Positions 12,002-25,800 of a stretch of 64,000 nt of DNA are shown here, one piece after another. How positions within the stretch are numbered: the stretch's first letter is position 1; every line of letters begins with the position of its first letter. The translations under genes were made by a program, and so were the position numbers. This DNA is from Oculina patagonica (Eukaryota): contig NC_135758.1 in NCBI RefSeq assembly GCF_052425735.1, positions 16,988,001 through 17,052,000 of the forward strand, in the 5' to 3' direction. The notes under the pieces are model-generated. The model saw nothing but the letters and a program-made list of their open reading frames with translations. It had not been told where the DNA came from and searched no databases.

Positions 12002-15000
12002 TCTTAGTCGGCGTGATGGGCCGTGAGTCAGTGCAGTGGGTCAGTGAAGTATGTTTGTTTGTCACACCAATCAGATTTCAGGTACTATCCTGGGTACTAT
12101 CAGAACCAATCAAATTGTAGTTTATAAAGGGGAAGCAATCTGACACAGTTGTAGTGAGCGATTTCGTTCGAAGATTTTAGATTTGTAGGAGGCGGAATTG
12201 GTGAGTTGTGAATTAACCCTGGATTAGAAACGTTTTGCATAACGCTTGCCTGCTTACAACGCACACGCCGTGAGCAAAAGGCCCAACACTAACTTGTTAT
12301 TCGTCTTATTCGAGCGTATGTTTGGAGAGGCTAGCTTTCCTGACCGTAGTAAAAAATACATACAGCATTTGCACAAAGTAGATTTGAAGAATAATGTTGT
12401 CATTATTTTTGCCGCCCGCTTTGCGAAGTTCGTTCGGAAATTGGAAAGTTTGTTACGAAGTTGCCAAATAGGTTGCGAGTTTGCGAGTTTTGCAAATTGT
12501 GAGCTTCGATACAAAGTTCCCAACTTCGGCCCGAATTTATTAAAACCTTCTGTAATTATGTTATCAAAAAGGAGTTTGCTACGCTAAACTGTTGGAAACA
12601 AATGTCATAAAAACATAGGCGTACGGGCCAGGGGGGCTGGGGGGGGCTGCAGCCCCCCCAAATTTTGGGCAACACAGATTTTTTGGGCAGCAAGAGAAAT
12701 TTGGGCAAAGCCAGTTTTTAAAGAAGTCTTTTTCTTCGAAGTCATAGATTATTCACACAAGACAGTGATTGCTTAGCACCTCATTAGTTTCTGGTTAATA
12801 GTGAAGGGAATCATTTGTTGATATACATATTTGTAATTTTTTTTTACTGTTGGACACTGTACTGCAAATATCTGTCACAGTTAAACACCTGATAAAGAAA
12901 GCTTCTTCGCGTTGCTAAATTTTACAAAATCGTCGGCGAGATTCTGGAAGCCGAGCAGAAAATGTGCGCAAGTTTTCGTCGTTTTCGCGGATTAGGCTAC
13001 ATGACTGTGTCATAAATAATATATAAATTCTAGCGACAATGCAAGAGATGGATCTATTTGGTAAGTTTTCAGAGTTTTTTCTTACGTGATTCATATCCAT
13101 GCAGTGATTCCTGATACGTACATCGTGTTCTGCAGAACGATCATTCAGTGCGTTTCACAGATTGAAAACTTACTTCCGCAGCACCTGATGGAGCGACAAC
13201 GTAAAAAAAAAAAAAAAAAAATGTTTCTCGTCCCCGCTCGCTTCATTTTTTGGAGCCGCCTCTCTTTTCTTAATTTTTTTTGTCTTTGGAAAAGTTTGAA
13301 CGAACAAAAACCAACAAAGTTTACTTTCACTTTGTACGGAGTAAGACATGACTTTTGTCTGCGTGTTAACACAAACTAAGGCCAAATCTTTAAATCCTTG
13401 TTACGCTAGGTCCGTACTGGATAGGTCAATTACCTTGCAGGATTTAATTATAACGTTCGCTTCTGGCTGCTGGCCAGGAGAATTTGACGATGGAGGAAAA
13501 AAACATCGATATTCGAAAAACACAGGTATTAAATGCAAACAAAATAATAAATAATTAAAAAGAACAAAAAATGCGCCCGCCCGCTCTCTTTTTTATAGAA
13601 ATCCGGACGAAAAACAATTGTTTTTTTTACTTGGCCTAAATTATTTCTTGTCATCTCACTTGTATTAGTATTTAATGGGAATATTCCAACGCTGTAGCCA
13701 ACAATAACATGGATCGTATTGTTAATAACTTCGGCCGTCGAAATGGTAGAGTTATTGGGCACCTTTCGAAAATTTTTTGGGCAAATGTATCGCCGCCCCC
13801 CCTGGCAAAAAATTGCCCGTACGCCTATGCATAAAAATAAAAAACTTTTATGTTCAGCAAGCCGTAAGCATGTTGTCTTGAACAAATTAGTCTTCCCTGT
13901 CGCGTCGCGTCGGCTTCGATTAAAATCAATTTTACATATGGGTAAACCATCCAGTTTCATCCGGTTTACAAACGCAGAAGACTTGAAATTGAAGACAGTG
14001 AAGATTATGCCTCACAGAAATCGTTAAATATGTGTTTCATACAAAAAAGTTAAAATTTGACCAAATTTCTACATGCATAAAATTTATTTATCGGCAAATC
14101 ACTTGCGTGATCGCTGATGCGAAACGTTGTCTTGCACTTCAAGCTACTTTAACCTTCCTTGACCAGTTCTAAAATCATCGAGTTCAGAAATCGCCATAAC
14201 TTTCGAGCAACATTTCTTGTTTTTCCTCAACTACCAAACTTGAAAAGTTCAGTCGTGCCGAAGTTGGGAACTTTGTATCGAAGTTCGCAATTTGATTCAC
14301 AAACTCGCAACGTAATTGACAACTTCATATCAAAGTTTCCAATTTCCCAACAAACTTCGCAAAGTGGACGGCCAAAGTAAACTGAAATCAACTGTAAAAC
14401 ATCTCGTTCAAACATTTAATGAACCGGTACAAGTATTAACTTGCTGTTAAAAGCAACTACAATCGATAGCAAAAACAGAATAAGAGCGTGCCATTCCGTG
14501 ACAATTTGATAACTCAATTAGTTTTGTTTGTTGAATAGAATTTACATTGTGAATAAACGAAAATCTTTGTTGAACAGTTCTCACAGGAAACAAATACTCC
14601 AGGTGTACTGCGCTTTAAAGAACTTTCCCGAAGAAAGTGGTTTTTGATTTGATTCGTTTATTACTTCGTTTATTATAGAACTTTCCGTATCGTGTTACGT
14701 TCGTTTTAAAAAACAAAGGTATCATGTTACAAAAGTGAGAAAAACAACAATATCATGTTACAGTGTTTGGCAAAAAACCAAAAGTATTCCGTAACAAACA
14801 AAAGTAACACGTTACGGTTGCGCCAAAGCCAGCAACAAAATAACCGCTTTAAACAGAATAAGAACGTGCCATTTTGTGACATTTTGATAATTGAATTAGT
14901 TTTTGTTTTTCAATTAAATGATGAAAATTTACCTATTGAATAAAACAGTTCTGATGTATCAAAATGCATGTGAAAATTATGTTGTTTGCAAGCAAATTTT

Positions 15001-15388
15001 GTGCAAAAACGTGACTCCGTGGGCCGCCATACACAAATAGCTCAACCCATGGCCTAAACCATCCCAATAGGACAATCACCCAGTTTCACCCCAAGCCACC
15101 CCATAAATTGAAAAAATAACTCCTGCACGCTTAGCGTGCCTATGTTTTGAAATGTAGCAAGACGTCTCTTCACTAAATTAATGCTGTGTAGTTTTTAAAG
15201 AGAAATTAAGTACGGTTTAGAAATGCGCTAAAAACAAAATACACAGGAAACCCCGATAATTGTATTTTTGACCGTGGAGAACATTTCACAAAGGTTTTGA
15301 ATAATTTTCTGTGTCAAGAACCTACGGCCTTAAAAAATGTTATTTGCAAGTACATTTCGCCCGCGTATAGACGGGACAATCGCACTAG
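12002..15388 (+). mobile_element. Candidate non-autonomous Helitron (about 3.4 kb)
   Basis: 3' signature: short hairpin CCCG-N8-CGGG (15360-15375), then CTAG|T at 15385-15389. The 5' TC start (TCTTAGTCGGCGTGATGGGCCGTGAGTCAGT) at 12002 is tentative because the preceding base is C, not A. Confidence 0.5.
12614..13829. mobile_element. hAT-type non-autonomous element, 8-bp TSD
   Basis: Perfect 15-bp TIR CATAGGCGTACGGGC / GCCCGTACGCCTATG, with TSD CATAAAAA on both sides. Confidence 0.88.
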
Positions 15389-16831
15389 TCAGAGCTAAGT
15401 GTGCACATTACAGTTGGCTTAGGTTGTGTAAGAACCTTTTTTTATTTTTATTTTCAGGAAGACTAATGTCATGAGGAGAAAAAAAGAGAGTACTAGTGAT
15501 TTCCTTTGTTTTATTTAAACTGTGTTCATTCCTTGAGCAGTATAACGTCACAAATTTGTTCAGTCCAGGGCCTCGCCCTTGCCTCCTGTTCTCCACGGAA
15601 ATAAACCAAAACAATCGGGAGGCTAAGCGACAATGACTTGCCCTGCGGTTATTTTCGTTGCTAAGCAACATGACGTATCCACATTGCACCGTGCTGGCGG
15701 GACAATTTTCGGTGTCACGCTATTTTTGAATTGGATACTTGTCAAGTGTTTCAACAAAGATTTGCCAAGAACTGAACGTTCCTTGGGGACAACGGGACAA
15801 GAACAGGATATGAGACCATGTTAATTATTGCTCAACCTCTAAGTTCGAAAAAAAATCAGTAATTGTCACTGACCCAAATGTCGCAACTGATAAAACAAAC
15901 TTGTACGCGTGAAATCAAGTAAAAACGTTTTTCGTCGATTCACGTAAAGCATTCTGGATGTCAAGAGTCCATTTCTCTGGGGAAAAAGTTCTCAGTAAAA
16001 CTACTTTTTATAAGCATTTTTATTAGGTTAAGGCCAGGTTTACAATAGTGAACAAGTAATTTAACTGTTAAAGATATTCTCAGATTGATATTCTTAGATT
16101 TGTTTTAGAAGAAAATAAATAGATTATTTCCGAGCTCCCTTTTGCCTTTGTTTCAAAATGATGTCTGGCGCAAAAATATAAAAAAGTTTGATTTGCATAA
16201 ACTAAACATGAGTAAAACTACGTTTTATGTGAAAGATGTTACACTATATTGCTCCATATCTCATTTTGAAACACACGTAAGATGCTCAGTTATCCATAGC
16301 GCATTGTAAATTTACAGTTTTGCATCGAAACTGCCAACATTTTACGGATTTGACTTTGGAATCACTTTGCCTACTTTGCTGACAAGAATTTGTAGCCAGT
16401 TCACACAGTAAGACCTAAGACAATATAACCTTCATAAGAAATGTAACATCCATTTCATACGCATTATATTAATTTTCGAGCTGGTAGCTTGTTTTAAAGT
16501 CTCTTTTGCGGTCAGTTTCTGACTCGATCATGTATTCGGACTAATAAATAATTTTATGGCAATTATAATTTTGATAACTCATAAATAAATTATATATATT
16601 GTTACAATCATTTAGATTTTAATAGTGAGAATCAAAGTGGTATTTTGGCTTGAAAACTATTTATTTGCTTCTCCTTTGTAGCGTCCTGAATTTCATCTTA
16701 TTTAAATAGCTATTGCAAAAATGTCAAATGTTCATGTTAACCTGCCAAAATTCAAAGTCAATTCTGGTTCCTGTAAGGTTCTTGCCTCGTACAGATTGCT
16801 TAAAGCCCAGGCTTGGTATCCATGGTTTCTG

Positions 16832-19800
16832 CTATCTTCTAAGCCACCTTGACAAGGCACCGACCGCAGTGTCAAATGTCCTTAAAGCAGGGTGTGTACC
16901 ATGATAATTCAACATTAATGTCCCTGCTTCTGCCCAGTGACCCGCTGCCTGTAACTGAGAGGCGACCAGCTTGACTCGTGCTCCTGCCTGTGAAGAGGCT
17001 GTGTCTGTTGGTCCATCAGGGTGATTGACAGTATAATTGATCAGGGGAGTCAGGAAGGGAGTTTGAGCAACGTCTGCTGTCAGTCCATGAGATATAACAA
17101 GGTCCAAGAGCTCATCATCATAAGAATTTGAATTGACCTGTGAAGACAAAGGTTAAACAAAAGTTGTAATAAAAAGCACCAGGGAATTTTTAAGCCTCTG
17201 ACATACATTCTACTTTGGTCACATCCTCATATTACAGCCTTTACTCTACGACACAGGCTCACAAAACGCCGAAACTAAAGCATGGCACTGATGTAACAAC
17301 TTCCTCCAAAAGATATACATACATGGCTTGGCCTTTAGACAAAACAATGAGAACAAGACCATGTAGGGTGAAATGTTGGGTTGTTGGTATCGTCATATAA
17401 CCATACGCCTGCAATCTGGCTTCTTTTTTGAAGATGTGGGGAGGTAGGGTGGGCATGATAGCAGTTCACATACAAAGGTCGGGACACACTAGGCGACATA
17501 TATTGTCACAAAAATGAACCATGTCACACAAGGCAACATGTTGCAGCAACTTGCCCCCGAGACATGTTGATCGACTAATACGCAGTACTGTGTCCCAACC
17601 TTAATTCAATATTTATTACTAATATCAGCGGTCTGGCACAGAATAGGCATTATCAGTTTGCATTACAAATTTGTTTACCTTAAGATTTTTCATGTTCTCC
17701 AACGCCAAGTGATACATAGCTTCACTTTTTGAAACCAGAGCGAACTTTAAGGCGTAAAGGGTTCGGCACTTTAGCAGCATCAAGTTGTATACGTGAGAAC
17801 AAGACTGGAAAGAAAAAACAAAATGATAGAAATATTTCCTCACAGCTATGGGAATACCGTCTGCTCAGCGCATTTAGAAATTGTCAGAATCACAAGGTTT
17901 GCTTGGGTTTCAACGTTCAAAGAAGTTTCGAGTAAACACATGGTTGCAACAACATCATGATTTTTATTAACTCCGTCACAAGCCATACCTCGACATTAAG
18001 GCTTGTCGTGCTACACAGCTGTTTCAGCATGTCAACAACATGTTCTCCATCTCCATGGCAACGAATTATTTTGTCCATGAGTTGAACCCAAGGGTTAGCT
18101 GATGGCTCATCACTGTTGAAAAATTACAAATAATTAAAGAAAGCGTTTAAATAGTTTATTCCAAAATCGTTTCTTGCACTAGCAAAAGCTCGACTTTGCC
18201 TCTTACTTGAGTTCGGTAGCTGCAAGCACGGGCCATATCTGTAGCAGGGTCCCCAGACAAAGGAGCTGAGAGAGTGAGAGGCTCTCGCTCAGAAGGGTCT
18301 CAAATAGCTGGTGCCTTTTAGTATCACTGTCAATGTCTTCTGGTGTGAGCTGCATGAAGAGGTCAACATAGACGTTAGATATTAATAATTGCCAAGTTTA
18401 ACTTCTAAGTTAAAATTATGAAGTACAGTGACATCCATCACTTTTTAGGTAAAATGTCGGTCAAAATGTATCTTGTGAGATTTTTCCATCAAGACAATTT
18501 TGCGGCCACATGCAGAAAGAGAAAGTACAAATAAAAGGCCTACAACAGTTTTATTGTCAGGATAAGGAAAATTTGTAGAGCTGACAAGAAAAAGGAAGGC
18601 GCATTCAATATGATTACCCCTGTGGTCTGCAGGACAGTACGCAAGTATAGGTAATATGACAGGATTGTAAAACAAAAATATTTATTAAAATGAACTTAAT
18701 AAATAATCGTGTTATGACAATAACATAACCGAGGACCATTGGTGTTACTAACGTATCTGAGCTATTATTTCTTATAACAAAACTTCCACGACAAATGCTA
18801 CCTTTCTGTTCCACGTTGAAGACACGACAGCATCTGTTTGATAAAACAACAGAAGAAAAGTGTCTTCTCCACTAAGATCAAAAGATTCCTCCATTAACTG
18901 TAGAACAGTGGTTTTTATTGCAGCTGACACAGTTACATCTGCACAGAAAGGTCGCAAACACTCCAGTACATCCTCTTGATTGGTCATTGTTCCTCCTTTC
19001 TGAACATGTATGCTCACTGTGTTTATAATTGTACGTAAAATGTCCATTGGGTTCTGGTCGCCAAGCCATGGATGAGAAGGGTCTGTTGTTTCACTAAAAA
19101 AGAGGAAGAATAACAATGCCATTTAGGTTTTGACTATGATGCTCTTGGAAAATAAAGTTGTTACACTATCTTATCTTGTAAAACCATCGAAAAAGGTGTC
19201 TGTAACATAATACTGTCATGTTATGCCAAGTCAAGTCAAGACAGACATGTCATGACATGTCAGCGATACCATATAACATATTATGACGGTTCTTTATTTC
19301 CATGAAAGTAGTATGGAAAGTTCATCAACTGAGTTCATCTGTCAGTTTATTATTAAGCAAGCATTGCCTTATTCGTTGTCACACTGATGGGCAAGACAGC
19401 AGGACCATTCCGAATGAATACGCATTTTTGGAACTATCCCATGCTACACTAAAAGGACCACTACCGACAATTGCGAAATGCCTGAAAACGTTTTTTAACT
19501 TACCCTTAGCCATCAACTCACCTAAAAGATTCCAGAACAACTTTTAAGGTGTTCTGTACTGTCTTTCCCACTCTCCCTGTTTGGGGTTTTTGCCTGGAAG
19601 CAAGCAAGAGGAGTTCATTGACTGTGTCCAAGGATGCACCGCCTATCAGCATAAGGGACACCAGCTTACACATCTCATCTGGTTCTGAGCGGGACAGAGC
19701 ATACTGTCGGGCAAAGCTTGTACCCATCTCCTACAACGAAACAAATATTGGTCAGATGCTGCTGTTGTGTTCTTGGGCAAGACACTTTACTCTCATATCA

Positions 19801-22800
19801 CTTTTCTTCACCCAGGTGTATAAAATGGGTACCAGCGACTTAATGCTGGGGGTAACCCTGCGATGGACTAGCATATCCTATCTAGGGAGAAGTAGAAATA
19901 CTCCTAGTCGCTTTTTTACTCTTTTTAAAGATTGAAAATAAAAGTAACCTTTTATGGCATTTCCTGGGTGGACAAGAAGAAGTAATAAAAGATCGCTTCC
20001 CCCCAAAAAATGTTACTTGACAGTGTTATGATTTCCAGGAAAATTCGTTAGTCAGTATCAACAGATTTGCTGAAAACTGTTTAGTGTTGTCATATACAGT
20101 GCCACGTATAACAGGACATTTTGGATGGTTCTAATTTAAGTACAGCGTACCTCATCATGTTCAGTCAGTTCATAAATAAGCGGATCAGCAAGTGATTCCA
20201 GGTGTCTACACGACTGTTCCAAATGGTTAATAACTTGCTCAAAGCTGATGTTTCCTTCTGAACCACTGCAAAGAGAACAACCTGTTAATAGATGTTATTG
20301 AATGCTTTCCTGACAACAAATGAAAAAGTGCGGATTTAATTTAATGTTTAATCGTGTTCATCCTTATAAATTAAGGGTAGTAACTTCAAAAGTTTATTTC
20401 CGAAAACACTAACTTCATATTGGCGATGAAAATTAACCTATCATTACGATTAACACTACACAAACCTTTCCTCCTGTGTGTCACTGATTCCCTTCTTCTT
20501 CAAGGCAGCATCTTGCTGTCGAGCAAATCTCAAAGCTCTGTTCACAATCTCTACTCTGTCCTCTAGTGGTATGTTATCCACAGCTGATTCACTGAATGCT
20601 ATGGAATCAATGAATTGCTGAACACCAACAGCTGACAGACGAGCTAACATTTTGTGGCAAGCGTCATACCGCTGGCTCCAGTCAACCTGTGGCAAAGCAG
20701 TTAAAATCAGTTCTCATAGTCAAACATTCAACAATGGGTATTTCCCACAAGAACACGACTTTCCTGAGAAGACATAAGTTATTATTCCACCCACACTAAC
20801 ACTTTTAATTTGTAGTCTTAAAAAAACAAAACACCTCTTATAAGTTAAAAGTTAGCCTGCGAGCAGGCTCTCTACTTTCTCTTCGAGCGCTGAAGAAGCG
20901 AGTTTTGGCGAGCGAAGCGACAACTCGCGAAACTCGCGCCATCGGCACTCGCGAGATCGCGCCTTCGGCGCTCGAAGAGAGATTCACGTTGCCCAAAAAT
21001 AGAGAGCCTGCTCGCAGGCTAGTTGAACATGGTCTTTAGCACAAACGCATAAGGGCAGATAATCTCGAATGTCACTGAAAATGGTTCTCCAACATTACCT
21101 TTGTTAACAATTTATGCTCTGACTCCACTGCTAATGTAGGGAGCAAAACATTCATACAGTGGCACTGGGCCGCACGATACTTTCTAAAGTAATTTGCACA
21201 TGGAGTACATGCAGCTAAACTGTAACTCTTGTAATGAAACATGACTTGACCTGTTATGCGATTAAATCAAGAAGTGAAGTAACTAATGTTGCAAACAAAA
21301 CCAACTTACTGGTTGATCTGCTTCAATTTCTTTGGCCTTCTGTTCCCCTTCCCAAAACAACTTCTCCATGTAGACCCTAAATACACTAGGAGGCTCTATA
21401 AAGTTACCACCCTGTAACGGAAAGAGATTTCATTTGAGAGTGAGAGATTGTAGCTCCAACTTGAATGCTTCACACATCGTAAAACACTAACTCAGTGGAG
21501 TGTTTGCGGAGAAGGAGCCAACAATTTTGAGAATTACAAAACGCCCAGTTCATTGCTGTACTATAGCTAGAAAGTTAGGAACGAATAACGATAGATACCT
21601 TTCATTTGCTATTGTTCCAGGCAGAGGTACAGTAACTCACCTTGGTTGGTATTTTTGTTGCTAGTTTAGCCAACAAATGTACATTAGCACTTGTGAGCAC
21701 CGGCTTCAAAACCTGCAGAGGTGAGTCCACAGTTGTAAGCTTCTTGTAGTCCAGGCCTAAAAAAGCAGAAGGAAAAATATCAGCGGAAGTAGCACAACGA
21801 CAAGACACAAATTGAACGACAGACGACCAAGTTAAAACTAATATAGATTCTTTTTCATATGGAGAAAATCAGGCTTGAAACTTCAATAAAAATAATACGA
21901 CATTGTTTATCATAACTAACCAGGGGCAGCAGATTTTATTTTCTTCAGTATTCTGAGATGAGTTTGAGCATCTAATTTCTCCTAAAACATGAAAAGATAC
22001 AACTTCCCTTTATTAAAGACGAATAAGATGGGATACGTATGTTTGATAAGCTGTAAGCTCTGTGTTATTCATCCATATTGTTTTTTTATGGCAGGGCACA
22101 TTACCAACTTGTACGTTAAGAAATAAGTGCATGTACAACTTCCCTACAACTTCAGCTTCTAGCTATAGTACATCTCTGAGTTGAAGATTTACTTATTCTG
22201 GTTTTCTTTTCTCGTTAACATTGCAATGAAGAGAAGTTTGATAACGCTCACTTTTAGGAATTATCTAATTTAAAACGATAAAAACGAGGAAGGAAATGGT
22301 TTTTATAAATGGTTAGGGGAAAAAATCGCATAAATTAAGTTTTGCAATACGATAGAAATGGAATGGAGAGCTCCTAATGACATTGTACCTTCAAGCTGGA
22401 ATGTTTCTCTTCACATTGTTCCAGTAGCATGTAGTAATAAATCAACCTTGCATGTTTGGTGCCATCAATGGTCACATACACATTCTCTTGCATTCTTTCA
22501 GCTACCTAGAATACACAAGAGGCAAATCTCTCAGGTCTATCAGGATCCGTATAACATACAGATAGCAATCGTTTTTTTCTTACTTTGCACGGATCCTGCA
22601 GCAGGGTGGTCATGATACCAAGTTTGTTGACTTTCTCTTGAATCTCTTTTGTTGACAAGCTGGCAAAAAAACAAAATATGTGTTATAACAAATGGACGTA
22701 AAGTTTGTTTTGTATGCTCTGCTCAACCTCGTATCAGGAGCCCACTTTTGGTAAGCTCCAAGAAAGCGGCAACCGGCCAAGTCTGATTTGAGTTCATGGA

Positions 22801-25800
22801 CTTCCGGTCGTTGTGCGCATATTCAAAGTTTATTCCGCTCGAAACGGATTGGCTGACAATCGATAGTAAGCACTCTGCGCATGCTCAAACAATCGGACTT
22901 GGCCAGAAGACATGTTCTTGGTGCTGACCAAAAGCAAAGCGAGCTGTGGGAACAAGATTGTGCACTGGACTCCAACATTTGCAGTGTTACGTGGGGTAAT
23001 AGAGACAAAGTTAAAATAGGAGCAATTGAAAGAATATCGAGGCGGCAAGAGAAAAAGAAATATCCCTCTTTCAGACTTACTTGCTGTCAGAGAAAAGACA
23101 CTCTAGATGTGTCATAAGCATCTCCCACTGTGAAACATCATAACGTTCTGCCAAGGACATGGCCGTGTTGAATACCTCGTCCTCAAGTGCCCTGCAACAA
23201 ATAAACAACATTTTGAGACAGATTCTCTATGGTGTACTGTACCTCCATATTCAAACTGCTATTAGTGTGAAAATAAAATAACACCACATATGATGACAAT
23301 GACTAGTGAACGGTGAAATAAGATAAATATTCGGTGTAATAACATTTTAATTTGTACGAGAATTGCGGAATGCGTTAGCAAAATGAAAAGCTTTGGTGTA
23401 ACAACTTTGTCTAGAAAGAAGAAGTATTATATTTCCCGTCACACTAAGCTCTTAACATTTCTCAATCTTAGACTCATCTTCTGCATTTTTAAGGTACTTT
23501 ATGGTAACAAAACAGACTCATATATTTACATTGCTAAACCAAGAATGGTTTCTCGCTTATATTCAGGATCTTGGGCAAAACGACCAATGTCAACTCCTGC
23601 AAATAAAATGAAACTAACAGTTATGCATAGAAAATGGCTACAGATTGAAACTAAACCAAAACTTTTCTTGTAGTGGATACATTACTCTATTGTAGGAGGT
23701 ATGAGGCTAACCGCTACTAATACAACCCCTCCCAAATGTTGTGATTATCTCAACTGGCAGCACATTCCCAAAAAAGGATTTAACCTGTTTATCCCGTTGC
23801 AATCAGGCCAAGAGCTCTAACAACTGGAGGCATGAACAACTGGGTTAAAAAGTATCTCACTGTTGTCACATACCCTTTCCTAAGCTCTGAAGCAGCTGCC
23901 CTTGTGCAAAGTCCGCCATATGGTTATGGTACTGTACCAGGAAGTGAGCAAAATTCTGGGTTTCATTAGGCCAGTTACTGTGCAGACCAGCAGCAACATG
24001 ACTCATCACGTGATCAATGACATCAGATGGTACGTGATGATAGATATCAGCTTCTTGAGGCAACAGTGAAGGTTGGAGACTGTTGTAAGTATTCACTGCA
24101 AAGCAGTACGCTGCCATGTGAAGACACAAGTAACTACCGCGAAAACTGCTGAAAAATTCATCAACTTCAGATGCCTGAAATATGAATGACAAGAATTGAT
24201 TACCGTCTTGGGCAACGTAATACAGGATTTTAGCAACTTTCTGTGCTTCTGTTTCACAAGGTTAGCTTTATTAGCTGCACAGACATTGAAAACTGACTAC
24301 GGGTTGAAATTGGTAACACCACGCTGGCTGTGCTTTGGAAAACGCATGTCATGAAAACTCGGTTGTGAGCTGCCAACCTACTGTTTTCATACTCTGTCAT
24401 ACATACCAGACGGAATGGGCTGTTTGTACGACACCAAAAAAACAAACTGCGCTGTACAAACACACTTGGTTCAAATTGAGCTACATAACTTGTATCCAGA
24501 AAAGAAAACAATGTCTCATCTCAATCAATGTGATGAAAAAACATTATAATACGGTTTAACATAGCAGAACAGAGTACGTCATGATCCGATGCAGTGGTTC
24601 TTGGGAACCATATAAATTACAGCAGGAAGAATCTGAATTAAACTATTATTAGGATAAACGAAATATCATGAATGACAATTCATCACTTCTAGAAAGTAAA
24701 TTCTACCATACTATAGATATGTGCCATTCTTCCTGTGGGAGATTTTGAAGACACTTGCTTTGTAGGGCTTTCGATAAATTAATTTTCCGTTTTGTATATA
24801 CACACATTTTGCATTTTTTTTCTCGGCATATTAGCATATATTTGCTGGCGGCCTAGTCAGCCCCGTCAGCTCCGAGATTAAATAAATTTTATTGATTGAT
24901 TGATTGATTGATTGATCGATCGATTGATTGATTGGCGATCTGATACAAACCTCGTGAAGTGCCAGTAGATAAGCAATGCCAAGGGTGGTGTCTTCTTCCA
25001 GAATTGATTCTGCCAATTGGATCATAACTATGAAAAATAAACATACCATTACCACTGTGAACAACATTTATTATAACTTCACAAGCTATGTTAGAGCCAG
25101 TGCTGTGTTCACAGCAACATTATATACATGTAAACTATCTTATAAAACCATCTACATAACATTAAGTTTAGTTTGATATTATTATTTTATCGACGATTCG
25201 ATTATCATTGTTGTAATTTTGTGTCCCATTTGACTTTGCACTGAATTTGGCCAATCTCAATACACGTATACTCACTGACTTACACTAACTGGCTTTTTAC
25301 AGAGCCCGTTGATCAAAATACATGTTGAAGATGCTCCACAGTACCTTCATGAGTGGGTTCAATAATCTCTCCTTCACATCTGGTCTCAGACAGCTTCTGA
25401 GTCCTTAATAAACAGCGACTGAAAAGCAGTGGTTTGTTGGCCATCTGTTTAGCAATGTGCTGCTCATAGGGCAATCGATCCTAAAAAATCAACCAATATT
25501 TGCAATAAGAACAACAATCGTAAATCGTTTCACTAAGCTATGTAGCAGTGATAGCAGACTTGATACTTGGTGCATCCAACAGACTTGATACGCAAAATCT
25601 TCAAGGATGCACCATCTAGTTTGCAGGTAGGTCACAAAATAGAAAACAAAACTTATTAATTACAAATCACAGGCTTCTCATTTGCAGATCCTGGCTTGTT
25701 TCCCAATGGCTATTTTAGTAATCTGTTTTGCTTAATACTTAACCATTTGTGTCCAACTTACCTTTTTCGATCTTGCAAAATTTCTTTCCACCAGTGATCG

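Larger units (their letters stand above)
11200..16600 (+). other. Candidate spliced transcript without a long ORF (lncRNA, microprotein gene or pseudogene)
   Basis: Donor G|GTAAGT at 11254. Exon 11343-11451 (TTTTTAG acceptor, AAG|GTAAGA donor). Strong acceptor TTTTTATTTTCAG at 15457. AATAAA near 16543 and 16582. The spliced ORF from ATG 11384 is only 42 aa. Confidence 0.35.

Noticed and set aside
15371-15800. Recurrent (C)GGGACAA motifs resembling the complement of the cnidarian miR-2022 3' end (sponge idea)
   Set aside because: Only 9-10-nt matches with no seed pairing. The first one is explained by the Helitron 3' hairpin, and the miRNA sequence is recalled from memory.
15472-16300. Selenoprotein reading of the in-frame TGA
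   Set aside because: No convincing SECIS (ATGA, 10-12-bp stem, AA loop, GA) found by eye downstream, and no redox motif context.
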